From Kiritimatiellia bacterium (GTDB taxonomy: Bacteria; Verrucomicrobiota; Kiritimatiellia; RFP12; UBA3636), in contig JAFPBK010000027.1 of the NCBI GenBank assembly GCA_017424105.1, positions 1 through 41,001 on the forward strand: 41,001 bases of DNA, read 5' to 3'. This document shows positions 1 through 6,411 of the stretch, piece by piece. Positions within the stretch are counted from its first letter, which is position 1. Every line of letters starts with the position of its first letter. The translations under genes were made by a program, and so were the position numbers. The notes under the pieces were generated by a model. The model ran no database searches and was not told the origin of the DNA. It saw only the letters and a list, made by a program, of their open reading frames with translations.

Positions 1-576
1 ATTTGGGATCCTGTTGACCAAGTTTATTCAACAACATTGTATTATGCAGGTGACGAGTATGATGAATATGGTATGATGGAAGCTCGTGGAGCAACTCCAG
101 GATCTTGGATCGATATGGCAACTCTTGGAAATTCTGATTTGACACTTAGAAATGGTGATGCTTTCTGGATTGATTCATCTACAGTCAATGCACAAGCAAT
201 AATTACTGGTGAAGTTCCAACAACAGCAAATACAATCACTATCATTCCAGGATTCAATATGGTTGCAAATCCATATCCAAAAGCAGTCAAGGTTAATGAT
301 TTATTTTCCATTAGTGGTCTTAAGGGGCTTGATTGGGGTATATTTGAAGAGCTAGGTGATACTCTTGAAATTTGGGATCCTGTTGACCAAGTTTATTCAA
401 CAACATTGTATTATGCAGGTGACGAGTATGATGAATATGGTATGATGGAAGCTCGTGGAGCAACTCCAGGATCTTGGATCGATATGGCGACTCTTGGAAA
501 TTCTGATATTGAAATTCCGGCAGGAGGTGCTTTCTGGGTAAACTCAAAGGTAACAGCAACACTAACATTCAAATAA
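1..576 (+). CDS. Tandem-repeat protein, 5' end cut by the window edge (module C, gene 1)
   Basis: Frame 1 is open from nt 1, and the track ORF 37..576 is in the same frame. Two ~123-aa repeats end in a G(D/G)AFW-type motif. It is a paralogue of 1940..2752 and 3452..4258. Confidence 0.7.
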   Translation: MWDPVDQVYSTTLYYAGDEYDEYGMMEARGATPGSWIDMATLGNSDLTLRNGDAFWIDSSTVNAQAIITGEVPTTANTITIIPGFNMVANPYPKAVKVNDLFSISGLKGLDWGIFEELGDTLEIWDPVDQVYSTTLYYAGDEYDEYGMMEARGATPGSWIDMATLGNSDIEIPAGGAFWVNSKVTATLTFK

Positions 577-639
577 TTTCTTATATTCACGACGAATATA
601 AGTTTAACTAAAAACTAAAATAGAAAGAAAATAAAAACA

Positions 640-1206
640 ATGAAAAAAATCGTAATAATCGCTGCAGTAGCACTTGTTGCTATGTCAATGCAGGCAGCTC
701 AGATTAACTGGGGTCTAACAGGTATGATTAAATTCAATAATAACCTTGTTGGATCAGGGGCTACTTTAACTCTTGTATGTCTAGATGGTGTTACAGACTG
801 GGAAACATATGCTAAAGATGTTGCTGCAGGAAAAGCAACATCTGGTATTGCTGCTACAAAAACTTCTGAAACTACATCTATGGCTATTCCAACAATGAAG
901 TCTTATGCATATACTTGGAGCGATGAAGGAACAGATATCGCAAATGCAGAAATCAAAAAAGGTACAGATTTTGCATTTGTTGTAACTGTTCAAGATGCAG
1001 GAAAATCTTATTACTGGGCTTCAGATGCATTTACCGTATCTGATACAAGTTCTAATTGGAATGGAACAAAGAACACCTACACAATGTCTGTTACAGTTTC
1101 AAACGCAATGGGTTCAGATGGTTCAAAGTGGACAGCTGTTCCAGAGCCAGCATCTGCTATGCTAGCACTTGCAGGCGTTGCAATGCTAATCCGCCGTCGT
1201 AAGTAA
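640..1206 (+). CDS. Small PEP-CTERM sorting-domain protein (module C, gene 2)
   Basis: N-terminal signal peptide MKKIVIIAAVALVAMSMQAAQ. C-terminal VPEPASAMLALAGVAMLIRRRK, which is PEP, then a TM helix, then a basic tail. Confidence 0.85.
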   Translation: MKKIVIIAAVALVAMSMQAAQINWGLTGMIKFNNNLVGSGATLTLVCLDGVTDWETYAKDVAAGKATSGIAATKTSETTSMAIPTMKSYAYTWSDEGTDIANAEIKKGTDFAFVVTVQDAGKSYYWASDAFTVSDTSSNWNGTKNTYTMSVTVSNAMGSDGSKWTAVPEPASAMLALAGVAMLIRRRK

Positions 1207-1237
1207 GCGACGCGCTGATTACAGCAAATATATAAAC

Positions 1238-1277
1238 AATAAAACCACCCTCGCAAGAGAGTGGTTTTATTGTTTTT
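1238..1277. terminator. Bidirectional intrinsic terminator between convergent PEP-CTERM genes
   Basis: AAACCACCCTC-gcaa-GAGAGTGGTTT hairpin with an A-run upstream and TTATTGTTTTT downstream. Confidence 0.6.
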
Positions 1278-1308
1278 AAGTTATGTGAGTATGTTTACTC
1301 TACCACAA

Positions 1309-1860
1309 TTACTTGCGGCGACGAATCAACATAGCTACACCAGCCAATGCCAACATTGCGCTAGCTGGCTCTGGAACAGCTGTGTATGTAGCTGTCCACT
1401 GAGATGGTGCAGCGATTGCTGATGAGGCGAATGTTGCTTGTGTTGGATCTTCGCCAGCAGCTTTATCATATGCATATGTAGGATATTGGTTTGTGCCAGT
1501 CATATAGTATAGTGCATTTGCTGAATCGTAAACAACGATAGCAAAGTTATACTGCTCTCCACCAGCTGAACGAGCAACTAGAGCATCGCTTGTTGCTGTT
1601 ACAGCTGTAGATGAGCTCTTACCTGCAGAAACAGTATCTGAGCTAATTGTTGCAGCAGCTAGTTGAGACTCAAATTCTTCTGCAGTTGTAGCATTGAAAG
1701 TTGTGTCTGCTAGAACTAGGTAAATTGTACCATTCATAGCTGCGCCTGTTGAATCAACAAACTTGCCTGAACGACCAAAATTTACAACCCAGTCAATAGA
1801 TGCTGCAGAAGCTGAAATAGCTACTAGAGCAACTGCCATCATTGTGATGAATTTTTTCAT
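1309..1860 (-). CDS. Small PEP-CTERM sorting-domain protein (module B, gene 2)
   Basis: Signal peptide MKKFITMMAVALVAISASAAS. The C-terminal VPEPASAMLALAGVAMLIRRRK is identical to the other two copies. Confidence 0.85.
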   Translation of the reverse strand: MKKFITMMAVALVAISASAASIDWVVNFGRSGKFVDSTGAAMNGTIYLVLADTTFNATTAEEFESQLAAATISSDTVSAGKSSSTAVTATSDALVARSAGGEQYNFAIVVYDSANALYYMTGTNQYPTYAYDKAAGEDPTQATFASSAIAAPSQWTATYTAVPEPASAMLALAGVAMLIRRRK

Positions 1861-1898
1861 ATTTTATTCTCTTTCTAATATTTGTTATAGTTTATTTA

Positions 1899-1928
1899 TA
1901 AAAAGTGGGAGAAAAATGTTCTCCCACT
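1899..1928 (-). terminator. Hairpin plus short U-run between module B gene 1 and gene 2
   Basis: AGTGGGAGAA-N5-TTCTCCCACT (10-bp stem) is followed on the minus strand by TTTTATAAA. Confidence 0.45.
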
Positions 1929-1939
1929 AAATCTTTATA

Positions 1940-2752
1940 TTATTCAGCGGATGGGAATGATACTGTACCACCATTACCTGCTAACATCCAAAAGCCCTGG
2001 CCAACAGCAATGTCAGCATGTAGAGCTGTCTGATAACCATCGCCCCAACCAGCTCCTAGAGCAATATCGTCATCATAATTATCTGGTGTGTTGTTTACAT
2101 CGTCAAAAACACCATCAACAGAATTACCCCAGTAGTATGCAGTCATATATGTTGCAGTAGCAGCGTCCCAGATTTTAATATAGTCTGTACCTTCTTCACC
2201 AAAACCTTCGCATTTGATGTCTTGTAATTCAATTGCCATAGGGAGAGTGTTACATACAAGGGTCATTGCATTAACTGGAAGAGTTATAGTATTTGAAGTA
2301 GAAACTTCGCCAGCGAATGTAGCTGTACCACCATTACCTGCTAGCATCCAGAAACCTTGTCCAGGAACGATTGTTGAGTGTAGAGCAGTCTGGTAACCAT
2401 CGCCCCAACCAGCACCTAGTGCGATATCGTCATCGTAATTATCAGGAGTGTTATTTACGTCATCAAAAACACCATCTACTGAGTCACCCCAATAGTATGC
2501 TGTCATATATGTAGCAGTAGATGCATCCCAGATTTTGATATAGTCTGTACCTTCTTCACCAAAACCTTCGCATTTGATGTCTTGAAGGTCTATTGAAGTG
2601 TCGCCAATATACTGGAATTGGTTACCAATAATTGTCATAGCATTAACAGGTAGTTCAATCTTTGAATAACCAACAACATTAGCTGATGGAACTTCTGTTG
2701 CGCTTGCGGCAGGGTTATTTTTGGAGCAAAAAAATAGGGGTAAAATTCGCAC
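1940..2752 (-). CDS. Tandem-repeat protein (module B, gene 1); start uncertain
   Basis: Two ~123-aa repeats (LQDIKCEGFGEEGTDYIKIWDA...GQGFWMLAGNGG). No signal peptide. The only upstream in-frame start is a GTG at 2752, in the loop of a hairpin. The first ATG is at 2638. Confidence 0.6.
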   Translation of the reverse strand: MRILPLFFCSKNNPAASATEVPSANVVGYSKIELPVNAMTIIGNQFQYIGDTSIDLQDIKCEGFGEEGTDYIKIWDASTATYMTAYYWGDSVDGVFDDVNNTPDNYDDDIALGAGWGDGYQTALHSTIVPGQGFWMLAGNGGTATFAGEVSTSNTITLPVNAMTLVCNTLPMAIELQDIKCEGFGEEGTDYIKIWDAATATYMTAYYWGNSVDGVFDDVNNTPDNYDDDIALGAGWGDGYQTALHADIAVGQGFWMLAGNGGTVSFPSAE

Positions 2753-2765
2753 GGAATTTTACCCC
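2728..2765 (-). promoter_or_regulatory. Conserved 12-bp-stem hairpin plus T7 tract overlapping the 5' end of the repeat-protein gene
   Basis: On the minus strand: GGGGTAAAATTC-cgtgc-GAATTTTACCCC, then TA, then T7. A homologous element lies at 4205..4240. Confidence 0.5.
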
Positions 2766-2804
2766 TTAAAAAGAGAAAAGCCACCCCCGTAAGGAGATGG
2801 CTTT
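2766..2804 (-). terminator. Intrinsic terminator of the PEP-CTERM gene 2838..3386
   Basis: On the minus strand, AAGCCATCTCC-ttac-GGGGGTGGCTT is followed by TTCTCTTTTT. Two positions pair as G-U only in the minus-strand transcript. Confidence 0.65.
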
Positions 2805-2837
2805 ATGAATTAGTTTGCTGTGTAATCAGCGATCGGA

Positions 2838-3386
2838 TTACTTACGACGGCGGATTAGCATTGCAACGCCTGCAAGTGCTAGCATAGCAGAAGCTGGCTC
2901 TGGAACAGCTGTATATTTAACATTAGAAGTGTTCTGATAAGTAGCACCAATATCATTATATCCAAATGTAATTGAAGTAGGTGTTGTTGGGTCTGTGTAG
3001 GCATATTGAGACTTTACAGCAGATAGATAATATTGTGCTCCATCATAAACAACAATTTGGAAATCATATTGAGAACCGCCTTGAGCTTGTGATAACCAGC
3101 TAGAATCTGTAGCTGTATTATTTGTTGCCTTACCATCTGCTACAGTTGTTGTTCCTACAGTAATAGATGATAGAGTGGACTCAAACGTTTCCTTTGTTGT
3201 TGTTGCTGTCAATGCCGCAGCATCATCAGCTAAGATTAGGTAAATATTACCATTGTAGTTAACTCCTGTTGAATCCACAATTCTTTTTGCTGCAGTAGTT
3301 AGACCAGAGAACTTCCAGTCAATAGAAGCTGCAGAAGCAGAAATTGCTACTAGAGCAACCATCATAATTGTTACTAATTTTTTCAT
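2838..3386 (-). CDS. Small PEP-CTERM sorting-domain protein (module A, gene 2)
   Basis: Signal peptide MKKLVTIMMVALVAISASAAS and C-terminal VPEPASAMLALAGVAMLIRRRK. Confidence 0.85.
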   Translation of the reverse strand: MKKLVTIMMVALVAISASAASIDWKFSGLTTAAKRIVDSTGVNYNGNIYLILADDAAALTATTTKETFESTLSSITVGTTTVADGKATNNTATDSSWLSQAQGGSQYDFQIVVYDGAQYYLSAVKSQYAYTDPTTPTSITFGYNDIGATYQNTSNVKYTAVPEPASAMLALAGVAMLIRRRK

Positions 3387-3451
3387 AGTTTTATTTTCTT
3401 TCTTTATTATTTTGTTTTAGTGGGAAGGTAACCCCATCCCAAAATTATTTT

Positions 3452-4258
3452 TTATTCAACAGTAGGAAAAACAACAGAGCCTCCATTAACGGACTGAACC
3501 CAGAAACCCTGACCAACATCTATCTTTATGTCAACGATAAGTTGATCTGCGTCACCCCAGCCAGCACCAAGAGTCTCTTCATATGTATCATCTGCAAATA
3601 CTCCATCAGCTTCTTCTCCGAAGAAATATGCTTCTTTATATGTACCTGTAGATGAATCCCAGAATTTAATCCAATCTGTACCATCCTGAGCAAAATCACC
3701 TGCAACAGTAATATCCTGAATGTTAATTGCTTGAGGAATTGGATTTGCTATAAGAGTCATTGCATTAACAGGTACATTAACTGTATTATTTTTTGAAACT
3801 TCGCCATTAAGAACCAATGAACCTCCATTAACAGATTGAGCCCAAAAACCCTGTCCTAGATTTACATCTAAATCAATGACAATCTGATCTGCGTCACCCC
3901 AACCAGCACCAAGAGACTCTTCATAATTGTCATCAATGAAAACTCCATCAGCTTCTTCTCCGAAGAAATATGCTTCTTGGTATGAACCTGTGGACGCATC
4001 CCAGAATTTAATCCAATCTGTACCATCCTGAGCAAAATCACCTGCAACAGTAATATCCTGAATGTTGATAATGGTCTCACCAATATTCTGGAACTGGTTA
4101 CCAACGATAGTCATTGCGTTAGCTGGTAGTGTAATCTTTGAATAACCAACAACATTAGCTGAGCCAACTTCTGTTGCGCTTGCGGCAAGGGTTGTTTTTG
4201 GAGCAAAAAAAGGGGTAAAATTTGCATGGAATTTACCCCTAAAAAACAGAAAAGCCAC
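3452..4258 (-). CDS. Tandem-repeat protein (module A, gene 1); start uncertain, possibly phase-off
   Basis: Two ~123-aa repeats (IQDITVAGDFAQDGTDWIKFWD...GQGFW.QSVNGGS). The 5' end has the same hairpin/T7 architecture as module B. The loop ATG at 4227 is one nt out of frame. The first in-frame ATG is at 4114. Confidence 0.55.
   Translation of the reverse strand: MAFLFFRGKFHANFTPFFAPKTTLAASATEVGSANVVGYSKITLPANAMTIVGNQFQNIGETIINIQDITVAGDFAQDGTDWIKFWDASTGSYQEAYFFGEEADGVFIDDNYEESLGAGWGDADQIVIDLDVNLGQGFWAQSVNGGSLVLNGEVSKNNTVNVPVNAMTLIANPIPQAINIQDITVAGDFAQDGTDWIKFWDSSTGTYKEAYFFGEEADGVFADDTYEETLGAGWGDADQLIVDIKIDVGQGFWVQSVNGGSVVFPTVE
4205..4240 (-). promoter_or_regulatory. Conserved hairpin plus T7 tract at the 5' end of the module A repeat-protein gene
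   Basis: On the minus strand: GGGGTAAATTC-catgc-AAATTTTACCCC (one bulge), then T7 (plus-strand A-run 4205-4211). Confidence 0.5.
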
Positions 4259-4282
4259 CCCAAAAAGGAGTGCAAAATTTTC

Positions 4283-4342
4283 TAGCGCTTTAATAAATTT
4301 GTCCCCAAGGTCTCCAATGTCCCCATTGTCCCCTAAGCGCTA
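4283..4342. repeat. Four tandem 9-mers bracketed by a short inverted repeat
   Basis: GTCCCCAAG GTCTCCAAT GTCCCCATT GTCCCCTAA (4301-4336) is flanked by TAGCGCTTTA and TAAGCGCTA. Confidence 0.75.
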
Positions 4343-4439
4343 AACTGCCTGTTCAATCGTCAAATCGTCTCACGAATTACGATTTTCACGCAATGCGTGC
4401 GTGCAAGGCACGCTAGGCCCGTTTTGAGTACAAGGCGGA

Positions 4440-5100
4440 ATATACGAGAGGAGCGTGTCGCTATCACTCACGCACCTCTCGCCTCCGAAGGCTCAGGCGC
4501 AGAGCGCCTTCGTATGCGCACTGATTATCTCAGTTGCGCATGAATAAATTTTAGAGATGTGTGAGGAGCCCTTCACAAATTTCGGGCACCTCACACCCAG
4601 TAATGTTATTAGATGAAGCGGTGCGAAGCACCATGAAGCATGCCTACGGCATATAAAGCATTGCGAAGCAATATATGCGGTGAGATTAAAACATATGATG
4701 TGCAGCACGGGGACGTACTGCACCCCAGTTATTCTGTAAGACGGGGACGTCTTACTGCCCAGTTAACGTGTAGGACGAGGACGTCCTACACCCCAGAGTT
4801 GTGCAAGACGAGACGGCATTACACCCCAGTTAAGCAAACACTTTAACTAATCTATTAGTTATTCACTAATCACTATTCACTAGATTCCGCGATAGTCAAT
4901 ACACGTTAATCTTGAAAAATCATCATGGTACTCCAGCCAGGACGACGCCTGGCCGCTCCGAGATAATTGAATCACGCCCACCACGTGCACAGCAACTAGC
5001 CACAAAACACGCACGCAGCATCCGCACAAATCCAAGCAAAATTATAGTCAATCCTGTCTAAAAACTTCGCACTTTTAGGCATCACGTGTTGTGCGTGCAC
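4440..5100. repeat. Mosaic intergenic repeat, copy A (inverted relative to copies B and C)
   Basis: It aligns by eye, as a reverse complement, to 11500-12075. Shared blocks are the mini-hairpin array, the ~33-nt hairpin array, the ATTCACT repeats and the ~200-bp core. Confidence 0.8.
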
Positions 5101-5108
5101 TAGAGTAG

Positions 5109-6113
5109 CTAGCGGGCTGCTGTGGCTGCTCTCACAAGAACTACAAGATATCCAAGCGTATATGCTGCAAGACGTAATAGCGCATATTTGCGCTTCTCTA
5201 ATAGCGCGACAATCACGCGCTGCCATACACTCAAATATGGCTTAGCAAGATAACCTATAGAAAGTGCTTTGCAAATATTATCAGAAACAGCTGACATATT
5301 TGATTTTCCACGCTGCCCTCTTCCATGTCGCAATGTAATCGACAAAGCAAACATAAAGGCATCACGCGTTGTGCGTTTAGTTAACAATACTTCATCTACG
5401 CCTTTTGCTTTTCCATGTTGGAAAATTATTTCACAAGCAGTAAAGCCATTGTCTATATACCAGGCAGGTATAGAGCGAGAAACTGATGCCAGATTTTCCC
5501 TAAATCCATAAAGCACAATTGGCAAATGTACCCAATTATTTGTTTCTAATGCGACATCAAATATGAATGGACAATCCTCACCACCTGTCAGTTTTGGAAA
5601 TTTGATATTACATAAAATTTCTTTTCTGTAAATGTATTGCCAAACATATATGACAAGATTTCCTTTTGTCAGATAATTCTGAAGTGGATTATCTATTGTG
5701 GTAAGCTTATCTAATACATCGCCAGATGGAGCCCACTTAGGTGATGTAGTAAACGCACAACGATCAAACTGAAGTACATCTGCTCCTGTGCTTTCAATAC
5801 CTGCTGTAGCCAATGCCATTGCTTCAGGATGAAGCATGTCATCCTGATCTGCAAACATAATGTATGAGCCATTAGCAGAGTCTAATCCAAAATTACGGGA
5901 ATCGCCAGTGCCGCCATTTGGTTTTGTCAGGACCCTGAATCGTGAATCCTTTTGTGCATATTCTTTAAGTATTGCAAGTGATGAATCTGTAGATAAATCA
6001 TTAACACAGATGCATTCCCAATTAGAATATGTCTGTGCAAGTATACAATCCAAGAGAGCACGCAAATAGCGTTCTCCATTATATACTGGCACGATGATTG
6101 ATACTAGATTCAT
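5109..6113 (-). CDS. Family 2 glycosyltransferase
   Basis: MNLVSIIVPVYNGERYL...VNDLSTDSS...FADQDD is a GT-A/GT2 signature. The start was moved to ATG 6113. The track's 73-aa N-terminal extension runs through repeat copy D. Confidence 0.85.
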   Translation of the reverse strand: MNLVSIIVPVYNGERYLRALLDCILAQTYSNWECICVNDLSTDSSLAILKEYAQKDSRFRVLTKPNGGTGDSRNFGLDSANGSYIMFADQDDMLHPEAMALATAGIESTGADVLQFDRCAFTTSPKWAPSGDVLDKLTTIDNPLQNYLTKGNLVIYVWQYIYRKEILCNIKFPKLTGGEDCPFIFDVALETNNWVHLPIVLYGFRENLASVSRSIPAWYIDNGFTACEIIFQHGKAKGVDEVLLTKRTTRDAFMFALSITLRHGRGQRGKSNMSAVSDNICKALSIGYLAKPYLSVWQRVIVALLEKRKYALLRLAAYTLGYLVVLVRAATAAR

Positions 6114-6411
6114 AATAGGATTAACATGTAATTGGGTTAGATGTTGTGATGGCGAAAAGTGCGAAGGAAAGGGACGCTGAGAACGCAAAGGGCGCTGAGG
6201 TGCGCGGGGCTCGTGTGATGGCGTGTGTGGTGATTCTGGGTGATACGCCTGCGCTTGTTGTTGGAGGCTAGGGCGACGCCTAGCCGCTCCAAGATAGCTC
6301 CAACTTCCAAGCGCACGCGTGTACGACCACAAGATAATTGAGTATGGGAGCGTACGTAAGTGTGATGCAGAACTAGATAATAGTGATTAGTGGAGGTGAA
6401 GGGTGAGAGCA
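6114..6411. repeat. Mosaic intergenic repeat, degenerate copy D
   Basis: It contains GTGATGGCGAAAAGTGCGAAG (6146-6166), the hairpin GCTAGG-gcgacg-CCTAGC plus CGCTCCAAGATA, and AATAGTGATTAGTG. Confidence 0.6.

Noticed and set aside
2725-2752. MRILPLFFC might have been a lipoprotein signal peptide for the module B repeat protein.
   Set aside because: Only 8 residues precede the Cys, there is no canonical lipobox (L-[ASTVI]-[GAS]-C), and the module A equivalent has no Cys.
4493-5226. ORFs lie inside mosaic repeats: 4493..4723, 4640..4846 and 4996..5226 here, plus 6137..6457 and 15527..15733 in other copies.
   Set aside because: Homologous copies of the same DNA contain stops in the corresponding frames. 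The ORFs overlap one another on both strands and their translations are low-complexity. They are judged non-coding.
6114-6332. The track gives the glycosyltransferase ORF (5109..6332) a 73-aa N-terminal extension.
   Set aside because: The extension is a Pro/Ser/His/Arg-rich translation of the mosaic repeat (copy D). The conserved GT2 N-terminus (MNLVSIIVPVYNG) begins at ATG 6113.
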